Counted from the stretch's first letter, positions 1 through 11,161 are shown. The stretch: DNA of 64,000 nt from Diplonema japonicum (GCA_964019335.1 OZ025748.1:186001-250000), one strand, 5' to 3'. Numbers and translations are program-made. The notes: a model not told the origin generated them from the sequence alone.

Positions 1-358
1 AACTAAGAAAACCGCCACCTGCATCTTTGTAAACATCGACACATACCGCTCTGCATGGAAGCACCGGCTTGTGTACGCTAACCCAAGTCAAAGCGTCCAA
101 AAGCGGAACAACAAAATCATACAGATAGAACCACCGTGAAGGACGGAGGCGGTAATGAACGACTGCCTTCTGGCGGGGATATCATCCTTGATGGGTGATA
201 CATTGGATTAACAACAAAAAGGGGGGGGGATGTCTAAAAAAATGCCAGTTTGTTTTTCTCATTTTTTTATATGTTCTCCTCTTGGGGGAGGGAAAAAAAA
301 GAAGAAAAAAAAAAGCGAACGCGGAACAATTTAAAAAAAAAAAAAAAAAAGAGCGAAT

Positions 359-607
359 ATGCCATCGGAAGGAGCAATGGCGGCCATCTACGGGAAGCAG
401 GACCCGGACGAGAAGAAGAAAAAACTCGAGAGCTCCTTGCAGACGTGGTGGAGCACATATGCGGAGAGAAAGAACGATGAGGACGGTGAAGCGGTTGCAG
501 ACACTTTGCTTTACGACAAAAACACATTGCCCAGAACAACCCCTTCACCTGTATTCGAGAATGGGCGGACAGCTGAGGAGGTGCGGCTAGGCAACAAAAG
601 CAACTAA
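359..607 (+). CDS. Small hypothetical protein (82 aa); possibly the last exon of a gene entering from the left edge
   Basis: ATG follows a long A-tract, as at other genes here; complex non-homopolymer sequence; no recognisable domain. Confidence 0.45.
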   Translation: MPSEGAMAAIYGKQDPDEKKKKLESSLQTWWSTYAERKNDEDGEAVADTLLYDKNTLPRTTPSPVFENGRTAEEVRLGNKSN

Positions 608-826
608 CTTTCCCCCCCCTTTTATTTCTTGCGTGTTCTTTTTCTTTTTATACATAACTTTTGATATTCTGCCCACCACCCTGTCTCTAGTCGACCATCT
701 TAACCTTGAGAAGAGGACAGTCCTCGCTCTAAAATCCGTGATGTTTGTAAGATCACTTTTCAAAGACAGGGGGGGGTTTTTTTTTTGAGAGAAACAGAAC
801 AGAAACACAACAACGACAACAAAAGA

Positions 827-2812
827 ATGAACACCATGACAGTGTTCGTGAAGACAAGAGGCGGGGTTCACGATGTAGAAGTGTCGGAGAAGGAGACGGT
901 GGGGAGCCTGTACAAGAAGGTGGGGTGTGCTGCTGGTTTACTCGAAGGCAAGTTCAAACTGTTTTGGGAAGGAGAGGTCCTGGACATCGACTGGGATGTA
1001 GATCTTCAGGTCCAGGAACTTGGGCTCGTGGAGGGCTGCGTGGTCCACGTGGAGGCGGAGATGAGTAACGTACTGCTGGAGGACCTGAAAAATTTTAAAG
1101 TGGTTTCGGAGCTTGAGGGGCTTGTGGCAGCTGACCCTGAGCTAGTTCTTGTGGTGGAGGTGGGAAACTCGCCAGCTGTCGATGTCTTGTCCATGAGCAG
1201 CAGTGACCTTCCTTCCGGACTTCGGTTCCTCGTTGTCACCGACTCCACAGGCTGTGTTACGAGTATAGACGATATGTTTCTTAGAGGCTGCGACCACCTG
1301 AAGTCTGTCGATCTCGTCCTCCCCAAAGTTTCTACCATTTATTCTGATTTCTTGTATGATTGCATAAAAATAAAAAACATCGACTTGAATGCGATGACCA
1401 ATCTTTCCTCTATTGGTGATCGCTTCTTGTTTAGATGTGAAAATCTAGAAACTGTTGACTTGAGTTCTATGACCAATCTGTCTTCCATTGGTGATTACTT
1501 CTTGTCAGGTTGCAACAAACTAAAAAACATCGACTTGAGTTCGATGACCAATCTGTCTTGCATTGGTTCTCACTTCTTGTCAAGATGTGAAATAGAAACC
1601 ATCGACTTGAATGCGACATCAAAGCTTTCCTCTATTGGTGATTGCTTCTTGTTTGGATGTAAAAAACTAGAAACAATTGACTTGAATGCGATGACCACAC
1701 TTAAGGTCGTCGGGTCCTATTTCTTAAGAGGGTGCAGCAAACTAGAAACCATCGACTTGAATGCGATGATCAATTTTTCTTTCATTGGTAATAGCTTCTT
1801 GAAAGGGTGCACAAAACTGGAAACCATCGACTTGAGTTCGCTGACCAATCTGTCTTGCATTGGTAACCATTTTTTGTCAGGGTGCAAAAAACTAGAAACC
1901 ATCGACTTGAATGCGATGACCAATCTTAAATCCATTGGTCATCACTTCTTGTCAAGATGTGAAAAACTAGAAACCATCGACTTGAATGCGATGACGAATC
2001 TTAACTCTATAGGCAACAGCTTCTTGTTTGGATGTGAAAAACTAGAAACCATCGACTTTAATGCGATGGCCAATCTTGATTCCATTGGTGATCACTTCTT
2101 GTTTAAATGTAAAATACTAGAAACCGTAGACTTGAGTTCGATGACCAATCTTAAATCCATTGGTCATCACTTCTTGTCAGGTTGCAACAAACTAGAAACC
2201 ATCGACTTGAGTTCGATGACCAATCTTAAATCTATTGATTCTCACTTCTTGTCAAGATGTGAAAAACTAGAAACCATCGACTTGAATGCGATGACCAATC
2301 TTGATTCCATTGGTTTCAGATTCTTGTCGGGGTGCGAAAATCTAGAAACCATCGACATGAGTTTTTTGACCAATATTGATTCTATTGGTGATCACTTCTT
2401 GTCGGGGTGCGAAAAACTAGAAACCATCGACTTGAGTTCGATGACCAATCTTAAATCCATTGGTCATCACTTCTTGTCAGGTTGCAACAAACTAGAAACC
2501 ATCGACTTGAGTTCGATGACCACTCTTAACTCCATTGGTCATCACTTCTTGTTTGGTTGTGAAAAACTAGAAAACATCGACTTGAGTTCGATGACCAATA
2601 TTTATTCTATTGGTGATTACTTCTTGTCAGAGTGCGAAAAACTAGAAACAATTGACTTTAATGGTAATTTCAACGAGGTCTTAAAGGCTGAGGTACCATC
2701 GCGGATAACTGAAGTGATGAACCCGCACACCCGGGAAGGGATAGTTAACATACTGCTTAGAAAGAAAAATGTTGGCAAAAAAAAAAATAAAATAGTGGCA
2801 TCCTTTATTTAA
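827..2812 (+). CDS. N-terminal ubiquitin-like domain + BspA/LRR_5-type leucine-rich-repeat protein
   Basis: First ATG at 827. The N-terminal ~80 aa has a Ubl pattern (MTVFVKT...ETVGSLYKKV...KLFWEGEVLD...LGLVEGCVVHV). It is followed by 17 tandem 25-aa repeats of the type LETIDLSSMTNLKSIGHHFLSGCNK. No signal peptide. Confidence 0.85.
   Translation: MNTMTVFVKTRGGVHDVEVSEKETVGSLYKKVGCAAGLLEGKFKLFWEGEVLDIDWDVDLQVQELGLVEGCVVHVEAEMSNVLLEDLKNFKVVSELEGLVAADPELVLVVEVGNSPAVDVLSMSSSDLPSGLRFLVVTDSTGCVTSIDDMFLRGCDHLKSVDLVLPKVSTIYSDFLYDCIKIKNIDLNAMTNLSSIGDRFLFRCENLETVDLSSMTNLSSIGDYFLSGCNKLKNIDLSSMTNLSCIGSHFLSRCEIETIDLNATSKLSSIGDCFLFGCKKLETIDLNAMTTLKVVGSYFLRGCSKLETIDLNAMINFSFIGNSFLKGCTKLETIDLSSLTNLSCIGNHFLSGCKKLETIDLNAMTNLKSIGHHFLSRCEKLETIDLNAMTNLNSIGNSFLFGCEKLETIDFNAMANLDSIGDHFLFKCKILETVDLSSMTNLKSIGHHFLSGCNKLETIDLSSMTNLKSIDSHFLSRCEKLETIDLNAMTNLDSIGFRFLSGCENLETIDMSFLTNIDSIGDHFLSGCEKLETIDLSSMTNLKSIGHHFLSGCNKLETIDLSSMTTLNSIGHHFLFGCEKLENIDLSSMTNIYSIGDYFLSECEKLETIDFNGNFNEVLKAEVPSRITEVMNPHTREGIVNILLRKKNVGKKKNKIVASFI
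1373..2644 (+). repeat. Coding tandem repeat: 17 x 75 nt (one unit 72 nt) encoding the LRR units
   Basis: gaaaccatcgacttga(atgcg/gttcg)atgaccaatct... recurs with a 75-nt period. Confidence 0.95.
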
Positions 2813-3589
2813 ACAAAGATTTTCTTTTCTTTTGGGTTTGTGGTTTTTTTTTTTTTTTTTTTTTTTTATTAAGGGCGTGGCAAGACATGTCTGAAACGTT
2901 TAGCTCCTTTTTTCTCTTTCGAACTTTCAGTGTTAAAAGTGTTAAATTGGGGACTTGTAAAAAGAAATAAAAAGGGGGGGGGGGGGGGGGGGGGGGCTTG
3001 TGATTTCAATGTTTTTTTAAGGTGGTGGGGATAACATGGAAATATAAGAAGTACATCAGATGTGTTGTTCGCTGTTGACCTCCTCGTCGGTCATCACCGG
3101 TAGCGCCCGAGTGGAAGAACGTAACGCAGATGCTCAGGGCGAACAGGCAGCAAACTGCACGAGCGCAGAATCTTGGTTACCCAGGACGCCCCGGCTAGGG
3201 TTGAGCACACCGCACGCATTAAGGACACGACGCGGAACGCAGAAAAAGCTACTGCTCGGCCGAGGAGCGCCCCCTGTAATCAAGTAGGTAGTTCGTGCTT
3301 CATTGCATGCTTAACGCCACCTAGTGTTGCAATCAAAGCCCCATTTTTTTTTTTTTTTTCAAAAGAAACACATCACACTGATATGATGAAAACGAGGGCT
3401 TATTATTGTGGTTTTTTTTTTTTTTTTTGCCCCAAAAGGGGAGCATCATAAGGTAGGCACGCCACCGCTAACCAGACCGCCGTTCCTATCATAGTGAATT
3501 TATTTTTGTCTTTTTCTCTTGTTCAACCTGCTGAGGGGTTTCAAAGCACAACTAACAGAGACACACAAAAAAAAAAAAAAGAAAGGAAA

Positions 3590-4652
3590 ATGAGGACGAT
3601 GTCTGTTGTGATGCTTGCCCTGCTTGCGGGGTCCGCGCAGGGTCTGTCTGTGGAGTACGTGAACGCGAACGCGAGGACGATGTTCAAGGCCTTCAAGACG
3701 GACTACAGCAAGGTGTACACCTCTGTTGTGGAGGAGGAGAGGAGGTTCGCGATCTTCTCGGAGAACCTGATGAAGGCGGCAAGGTACGAGATGGAGCAGA
3801 CGCACGGGGCCACCTTCGGGGTGAACGCCTTCTCCGACCTCTCGGCCGAGGAGTTCAAGGGGCGCCACAACCTGAGGGTCCCGAAGAAGACTGGTCCTCC
3901 TGCTGCCCCTGTTTCTGTGACGGGTCCCACTGAGGTTGATTGGAGGACGAAGGGTGCTGTTACCCATGTGAAGAACCAGGCTCAGTGTGGAAGGTGTTTA
4001 AAAAAACAAATAAATAAATAAATAAATAAAAATGAACAAAAAAAATAATTCTTTTTTTTTCATTTTTTTTTTTCACAGCTGCTGGGCCTTCTCTACAACT
4101 GGAGGGATCGAGGGTCAGTGGTTCCTTTCAGGTCAGACCCTGACCTCGCTGTCTGAGCAGGAGCTTGTGTCGTGCGACAAGAACGACGATGGGTGCAACG
4201 GGGGTCTCATGGACAACGCCTTCAAGTGGCTTCTGTCTGCGCACAGCGGTCAGGTGGTGACGGAGGCCTCGTACCCTTACACCTCGGGTGGCGGGAACAG
4301 CGGGTCGTGCCAAGAGGTGTCTGGGAAGGCGGTGGGGGCCACCATCAAGGGCTACAAGGACATCGCGCACGACGAGACCTCGATGGCGACGTTCGTCGGT
4401 GTCAGCGGTCCCCTCTCCATCGCTGTGGACGCGCAGAAGTGGCAGACCTACACCGGTGGGGTCCTCTCCAACTGCTGCGGGATCTTCGGGTGCCAGCTGG
4501 ACCACGGCGTCCTCATCGTCGGCTACGCCCCCGAGTACTGGATCATCAAGAACTCCTGGGGTCCCAGCTGGGGCGAGAACGGCTACATCCGCGTCAAGAG
4601 GGGCGACAACGAGTGCGGCCTCAACGAGTCCCCTTGCTCCTCGGAGATCTGA
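3590..4652 (+). CDS. Papain-family (C1A) cathepsin L-like cysteine protease, paralog A, copy 1; join(3590..3993,4079..4652), 325 aa
   Basis: Signal peptide; I29 prodomain (EEERRFAIFSENL, GVNAFSDL). Removing the GT..CAG intron 3994-4078 restores QCGSCWAFS. Catalytic His (LDHGV) and Asn (KNSWG) present. Confidence 0.95.
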
Positions 4653-5782
4653 GATGGGTGAACTTGAAAGAGTGGTTTTAAGATTTGTCTAGGTTGAGAG
4701 AGAGTACAGCATTTCTTTCTTTCTTTCTCTCTTATTCAATCCGTCCCTACCTACTATTTTCTTTTCCTTCTTTCCTGTTTTGTTACTTCTAACAAGCAAA
4801 AACGTGGTGGCTGCAGCACAGCTTCCGTCCGAATCTTTTTTTTAAAACAAGAGTGCTTCTTTTTTTGTGTGATTACCCCACCTCCTCCCTTTTTTTTAGT
4901 TGTGTTATTTTTATTTTTTTTTTGTTCGTTCGTAGTCTCTCCTTGAGGCCTCCGCAACTAAAGCAGACCGCCGTGCACAGAAGATTGAAGGTCCAGTTGC
5001 CTCTGTGGTCTCCAGTCCTCATCTAAGCCGTGGGATTTCCCCATTGTTGTGTCCCTTTTATTATTGTTGTTCTTTTCATTTCTATCATAATCACCACAGG
5101 ATCCTTGGGTGGGGAATTCAAAAGGGCGGGCGTAGCAGCGCAAACCTCTTTTTTTTTTTTTTTTTTTTTGGGCTTGTTCTGCACTTCCCCCTCTACCCCC
5201 CTCCCCTCCCAGACATTTTCCCTTTCTCTATTGGAGTATATTTTATACTTTTTCGTAAGCTTCCTTTTCGTTATACACCGGTAAAAAAAAGGAGGGAAAA
5301 AAAAAGGCCTTGAAACTTCTTAACAAAGAACTCAAACCTTTTTACCCTTTTTTTTTTTTTTTTACCGGTTATTTTTTTTCCTTCTTCCGGCGAACCTTTC
5401 TCCACGAAGCCCAGCCCCTTTGCCTCCCTTAATTGGGCGATAGGGTGCCAATAGAATAATAAAAAAAAGAGAGAGAAAAAAAAAGAAAAAAATATTTTTC
5501 CTTTTTTTTTTCTTTTCTTTTAAATAACAAGCTCCGGCACTGTGGGAGAATCACCGCGTCCTCTCTTCCCGTATCCATCCCCTTTCCTGCCCCCTTTTAC
5601 AAACTTTCCCTTTCTCCCCCTTTAGTCTTATTTCTTCTTTTCTTCTTTCTAATCCACACTCACCACTTAACTCTCTTCTGTTCTCTCTCTGCTTCTTTAA
5701 AAAAAAAAAAGAACAAAACATAACAAAACTCTTCTCTCTTTTAATCATACCCTCCCTCCCCCCCCTTTTTTTTTAATTTCAA

Positions 5783-8700
5783 ATGAATCGAGTAGCTGTG
5801 TTCATGGTGGCCATTATGGCAACCTTGCCGCTTACCCAAGCGGCCAGTCCGGGGAACTGTCCCAACGTGCAGTTTAGTTCAAGTGGAGCAGACACCTTGA
5901 CATGTGATTATTTGAACAAATGCCCGAACTGCAACATGAACTGCAATGCGAACCAGAAATGCACCACAAAGTGTACCGCTGACAGGGCATGCGAGAGAGC
6001 GACTCTGAACTGCCCTGACGGGAAGGATTGTGTTGTGAAGTGCGAATGGGACAACGCATGCACCGATATGACAGTGAACTGCCCGACAACGGGAAAATGT
6101 TTGATCACCTGCGCCAACCAATGGGCATGCAAGGGTATGAAAATCCGACAACGCGGCGGCGGGGGCCAGCTGGACCTGAAATGCAATGGACAAAACTCTT
6201 GCACCAACGCCAACGTCGTCTGCCCGACAAGCGGGGCGAAGTGCAACATCCCTTGCCCCGAGCAGAACTCGTGCAACACCATGACTGTGACAGCAGCCGG
6301 GACGTCTCCGCTTGACATGGATTGCAAGAACTACCGATCGTGCTACCGCTCCACCATCACCTGCCCCGCCTCGGCCGACTGCAACGTACAGTGTGAAAGC
6401 ACCGGAAACGCCTGCGTTGAAGCGAAAATCTTCACGGAAAAGCCTTCAAACGCCCCGCAGACAGGCACCGTCACCGTAACCTGCAAGAACCACTACGACT
6501 GCCGCTATCTAAAGCTCGACTGCGGGTACGCGGAAAGCTGCAAAATTACGTGCACCGGGAACTACGCCTGCGAGGAGGTCAGGACGAAGTGCACCAACTC
6601 CGGGACATGCGTTCAAAAGTGCACCGTACGCAACTCTTGCAGCAGAGCCGAGGTCTCGCATTCCTCAGGTGCTGCCACCGGTGGTGAGACACGCTTTCTA
6701 TGCCAGGAGGAGTCTGCGTGTGAATCAACTAGACTTACCTGCAAAACCAACAGGGAGTGCAACAGAGAGTGCAAAGGTTACCGTTCATGCTTCGATTCTA
6801 CTTTCGACTGTTCCCAGTCTGGGGTCGAACGGTGCTCGCAGGACTGCCGCGGGGGCGAATGGGTCTGCCAGACGACCATGAAGTGCCCCTCCGAACCTTA
6901 CAAATGCGAGTCGACCTGTGTCGGCGACAACGCCTGCAAGGGGTCCCTCACAGGGCACGCCTACCCGACGTACTGCCAGCAAACGGGGTCCAAACCTCCT
7001 TGTGACAACGGCTACCAGAATGCAGCTGATAAGACCACGGAGGCACCCACCCCGTCACCGGGCACTGATGCCCCGCCCACAGCGGTGCCTACCACACCAC
7101 AACCTGCTTCTACTGCACCTGCCACAGCGGCGCCTGCCACTTCGGTGCCTGCCACAGCGGCGCCTGCTACCAACGCGCCTGCCACAGTAGCACCGCCAAC
7201 CTCTGCGCCAGCCACCCTCGCTCCTGACACTTTGGCCCCTACTTCGGTGCCAGCGACACCTGCCCCCGGTACCCAAGCGCCTGCCACAGTTGCACCGGGA
7301 ACCTCTGCACCTGCCACACCCGCCCCTGCCACACCCGCTCCTGCCACCAACGTACCGGGTACGTCGACGGCTCCCGCCACACCAGCGCCAGCAACTTCCG
7401 TTCCTGCAACAGGTGTGCCCCTAACAAATGCTCCCCTGACCGGGGTGCCAGCTACCAACGTGCCAGTTACGGCTTTTCCTGCCACACAAGCACCCGACAC
7501 TTTGGTGCCTGCTACACAAGTGCCTGCCACACAAGTGCCTGCCACCCAAGCACCCGCCACACAAGTGCCTGCCACACAAGCCCCGGACACACAAACACCT
7601 GCCACTGCCAACCCCACAGCTTCGCCCTCCACCCAATCACCTGATACTTTAGCGCCTGCTACACAAGCACCTACCACTGCCAACCCCACAGCGCCGGTTA
7701 CAGATGCACCCGCCACCCAAGCGCCTGTCACTGCAGTGCCAGATACAGCTGCACCTGATACGGCTGCGCCCGATACCTCAGCTCCTGACACCATGGCTCC
7801 TGATACCATGGCTCCTAAAACCATGGCTCCCGCCACTGCTGCTCCCACCGCGAATCCTTCGGCAACGCCCACTACAGCCCCCACTGCCACCCCCACTGCT
7901 GCTCCACCCACTGCGACCCCCACGGTGCCCCCCACTGCTGCTCCTACTGCCATTCCGACAAGTGCTCCCGACACCCTGGCACCTTTGGCAAACCCTACTT
8001 TTGTTCCCGTGACACCACCACCAACAGATGCACCGGACACGAATCCTCCGATGACCTTCCAGCCTGCTGTGGGTGGCACAGCGACGCCGACGACATTTGT
8101 CCCGCCGACAAGTACGCCGACAAGTGCGCCAGCCACCGCTGGCCCTGACACCGCTAGGCCGAGCACGCTGGTGCCGGGGACGACGCTGGCACCCGCCACT
8201 GGTGCACCGAACACTAGTGTTCCAGTCACAGGTGCACCAGACACAGATGCACCGGATACTGACGCGCCAGCGCCAGAGGCGAACTTGACTGTTGCAGTGA
8301 CGCCCGGTCCGCCTTCTGGAAAGGCGCTGACGGGGAGTGCGAAGGACAAGGTGAACGACGCGACGTCTGTGTCTTCAGGAGCTGCGTTGCTGTCCGGGGC
8401 AGGTGCCGGTGCGATTGCGAGAGTTGCTGTCTTAAAGGACCTGGGCTGCGAGGTGGAGGACGTGGACATCGACGAGGACGAGACTCTGGACTGGGAGTTC
8501 CACCCTACAGGGCTGGGCGTCGGGAACTCGCCACGGAAGTACCTGTTCGGTGCGGTTGTGATGAACCCTGTGCTCATCCTGGGGATCCTCACCTTGCTGG
8601 TAGGCCTCGCCGCCTGCCTGAAATTCTGCAAGGGGCTGCCGACCTGGGGGGCGGCGCTTGGCGCTGTGAAGGCTCCCGGTTTGATCTTCATCCCGTTCCT

Positions 8701-9910
8701 GTTCCTGGTGCAGGGGACGTCTTTGATCTCGGCACGTGTGGCGTTCTTCCCCGGGAACGGGTTGGGAACCTTCGAGGTCGGGCTGGCGTGGGTCGTGCTT
8801 ATCATATGCATCACGTCTCCGGGGGTGCTGTACGCAGGGGTGCTGCGGAGGGTGCACACGGAGGCCTGCATGATCCCCGACGCAAGGCTGCACCCCGACG
8901 ACCCACTGGTGAAGAGGCTGTGTGCGACAAGCGGTGCACCGAAGGTAAATGCCTACACAGGTGTCACGGCGGTGTTGTACAAGCTGGCTTTCGGGGACAG
9001 GATCTGGGTGTCGAGCGACGCGGGGAGCTTCTTCGCAGACATGTATGGAGGCGCCTTCGACTCGTTCAAGCCTGGGGCGGTGGTGTGGTTCCCCTGTCTG
9101 GAGATCATGGTGATGGTCATCCTGTCGATGCTGGCGGCATGGAGGCCGACGAAGGGGATGGCGTGCGATACGAGGAATATCTTCATCTGCTGTTTGTTCG
9201 CAGGGTTCTTCTTCACCATCGTTATAAAACGCCCGTACCTGTCGGTGTTCGACAACTTTGTGGCGGTCCTGCTGTCCTTCTGCATGTTCCTGTCGGTTCT
9301 GCTGATGACGACGGGGCTGTGGATGCACCTGGATTCGGAGTCCTTCCCGTTCCTGTCCTCTGCTTACATCCTGCTCTCCACCGCTTACGTTGTATTCTTC
9401 AAGGCGGTCTGGGATATGGTCTTCTACTTCATTGACATCTACATAGGCCGCCGCCAGTCGGCAAGAACTCTTGCAAGGGAATCTGCTAACTCATCGAACC
9501 ACAGCATACCGGAGATGAGCTCGCATATTCAGATTTATGTTGCTCTTCCTAAGGCACCGTCCACGAATAGATTGTCTGATCAGATTGAGATATTGGACCC
9601 TATTTCTGATACAGCGAGCCTTCAGAGTAGTAGTTCCTTTTCTTCAAGTCTCAACACCAGGCCGCCTCCTCTTAGAAATGTACCAGTTACGCCGTTGTCC
9701 TTCAGCAGTGCGAGGTCGGGTGGCTCGAACCCTAGATCTACTCCGGTGTCGGTGGGGCGAAATGCTGGGAGTACTTTTAGTTTGAGGGGGTCAGGGGGGC
9801 ATTATCCTGTGACAAATATGCACACGGGTGTTCGTGGACAAGCAGGGAGGAGGTCTTTGGGGAGCAGTGATGCTGGGTTAAATGGGAAGCGAAGCTTGTT
9901 TAGGATTTGA
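5783..9910 (+). CDS. Large surface membrane protein: signal peptide, Cys-rich repeats, Pro/Ala/Thr mucin-like stalk, multi-pass (~7-8 TM) domain resembling the DGF-1 C-terminal membrane domain, Ser-rich tail (1375 aa)
   Basis: Intact ORF with a hydrophobic N-terminus. About 390 aa of regularly spaced Cys, then ~420 aa of PAT/TQAP repeats, then LGCE..LDWEFHPTGLGVG..YLFGAVVMNP followed by several hydrophobic helices. Confidence 0.85.
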   Translation: MNRVAVFMVAIMATLPLTQAASPGNCPNVQFSSSGADTLTCDYLNKCPNCNMNCNANQKCTTKCTADRACERATLNCPDGKDCVVKCEWDNACTDMTVNCPTTGKCLITCANQWACKGMKIRQRGGGGQLDLKCNGQNSCTNANVVCPTSGAKCNIPCPEQNSCNTMTVTAAGTSPLDMDCKNYRSCYRSTITCPASADCNVQCESTGNACVEAKIFTEKPSNAPQTGTVTVTCKNHYDCRYLKLDCGYAESCKITCTGNYACEEVRTKCTNSGTCVQKCTVRNSCSRAEVSHSSGAATGGETRFLCQEESACESTRLTCKTNRECNRECKGYRSCFDSTFDCSQSGVERCSQDCRGGEWVCQTTMKCPSEPYKCESTCVGDNACKGSLTGHAYPTYCQQTGSKPPCDNGYQNAADKTTEAPTPSPGTDAPPTAVPTTPQPASTAPATAAPATSVPATAAPATNAPATVAPPTSAPATLAPDTLAPTSVPATPAPGTQAPATVAPGTSAPATPAPATPAPATNVPGTSTAPATPAPATSVPATGVPLTNAPLTGVPATNVPVTAFPATQAPDTLVPATQVPATQVPATQAPATQVPATQAPDTQTPATANPTASPSTQSPDTLAPATQAPTTANPTAPVTDAPATQAPVTAVPDTAAPDTAAPDTSAPDTMAPDTMAPKTMAPATAAPTANPSATPTTAPTATPTAAPPTATPTVPPTAAPTAIPTSAPDTLAPLANPTFVPVTPPPTDAPDTNPPMTFQPAVGGTATPTTFVPPTSTPTSAPATAGPDTARPSTLVPGTTLAPATGAPNTSVPVTGAPDTDAPDTDAPAPEANLTVAVTPGPPSGKALTGSAKDKVNDATSVSSGAALLSGAGAGAIARVAVLKDLGCEVEDVDIDEDETLDWEFHPTGLGVGNSPRKYLFGAVVMNPVLILGILTLLVGLAACLKFCKGLPTWGAALGAVKAPGLIFIPFLFLVQGTSLISARVAFFPGNGLGTFEVGLAWVVLIICITSPGVLYAGVLRRVHTEACMIPDARLHPDDPLVKRLCATSGAPKVNAYTGVTAVLYKLAFGDRIWVSSDAGSFFADMYGGAFDSFKPGAVVWFPCLEIMVMVILSMLAAWRPTKGMACDTRNIFICCLFAGFFFTIVIKRPYLSVFDNFVAVLLSFCMFLSVLLMTTGLWMHLDSESFPFLSSAYILLSTAYVVFFKAVWDMVFYFIDIYIGRRQSARTLARESANSSNHSIPEMSSHIQIYVALPKAPSTNRLSDQIEILDPISDTASLQSSSSFSSSLNTRPPPLRNVPVTPLSFSSARSGGSNPRSTPVSVGRNAGSTFSLRGSGGHYPVTNMHTGVRGQAGRRSLGSSDAGLNGKRSLFRI
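7040..8280 (+). repeat. Coding low-complexity ~15-nt repeats (PATxA/PATQV/PDTxA), mucin-like stalk
   Basis: Repeated cctgccacacaag(t/c)g-like units; Pro/Ala/Thr-rich translation. Confidence 0.9.
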
Positions 9911-9918
9911 GAGAGATG

Positions 9919-9949
<31 letters not shown>

Positions 9950-11161
9950 AGAGATGAATGAACCAAAAAAAAAAAAAAAAAAAAAAAGAAGAAGAAGAAG
10001 AAAAAAAAAAGAAAAAAAAAAGAATTATCTCCCCCTTTGTTCTCTCTCCCCCTTTGAAAAAAAATGTTGTTTTTATTTATTTATTGGTGTGTTGTTGTAA
10101 CTTTTTTTTTTTTTTTTTTAAACCTCCCCTCCCACCACCACCCCCGTGCAAACAATTTAGGTGATTTTTTTTTTTCTTCCCGGTGGTAACAAAAAAAAAA
10201 AAAGAAAGAAAGGAAAACAAAAAAGAAAAAAAAAAAGAAAGAAACTGCACCGTTCTTGATTCGGGCAGGAAAAAAGACTTGGAAAATAGGAAAAATAATA
10301 GGGAAGGGAACACCCACCTGTTCTTTGTTTCCTGTTTCCCACTCGTTGTGTACCCCCCCTATTTTTCTTTATCATCTTATTTCTTTTTTTTTTAAAGTGT
10401 ATCTGTTTTCAAGAGAAAAAGGCTTTTCAAAAAAATACAAAACCATAAAAAGGGGGGGGGGGGGTCATCTAGGAAGGGGGAAAAAGGTGTTTGGGTGGGG
10501 ATATCAGCTAACTCCCCCTCTATATGTCTAAATCAAGGAAAGAAGGAAAAAGAAAGGAAAAGAAAAAATCGGCGTATTGAATAAGACTTATTATTAGGCA
10601 GCATGCGAATAGTTCGTCTTATTTACGGGAAAAAAAAAAAAAATGAACAAGATATTATTTCTTTATTCCCTCTTTTCAGCCATTTCTTTCTTTAACCTTT
10701 CCCCCCCCCCTTTTTTTCTCCTTTTTTTCTTTTACCCTCAAAAAATTCTTCTAAAAAATATTTTTTCAAAAAAAATACTGCCCCCCCCCCCTTTTTTTTG
10801 CTTCCTTCCCCCTTTGGTGGGGGGAGTTGCAACATAGAAAATACTTTTTAAAAACAAAAAAAAACTCTTGAAAAATCTCTTCTTTTTTTAAAAAAAGATG
10901 AAAAAGAAAAAAAAAAGGAAGGACAAAAAAACAAGGGAGAGGGGGAAATTAAAAAGAAGGCAAAAGGAAGTTTAAAAAAAAAAAAAAAGAAAAGAAAAAC
11001 GTTTTTCTTCCCCTTCTCGCTTTTCCCTCACCCCCCCCCCCTTTTTTTGTTTCTCCGAAATGTGGTGTTGTTGTGAGCGTGAAATGTTTCTTTTTTTTTT
11101 TTGTTTACCTCCCCCACCCCACCCCGAGAAGAAAGAAAAAAATTTTCTTTTTTTTTTTTTT

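Noticed and set aside
1-358. 3' part of an upstream gene, with possible introns 73-124 and 195-351 joining in frame to 359..607
   Set aside because: A frame-consistent join exists, but the donor at 195 is weak and that frame has a stop at 30-32; it cannot be supported without transcripts.
1373-2644. CRISPR-like array (also considered for 20471-21198)
   Set aside because: Contiguous tandem units without unique spacers; no cas genes; eukaryotic context.
3494-4652. Proteases as split genes or pseudogenes
   Set aside because: One GT-AG intron restores the complete active site in all five copies.
7012-8871. 619-aa minus-strand ORF
   Set aside because: Antisense shadow of the Pro/Ala/Thr repeat region; Gly/Ala/Val low complexity.
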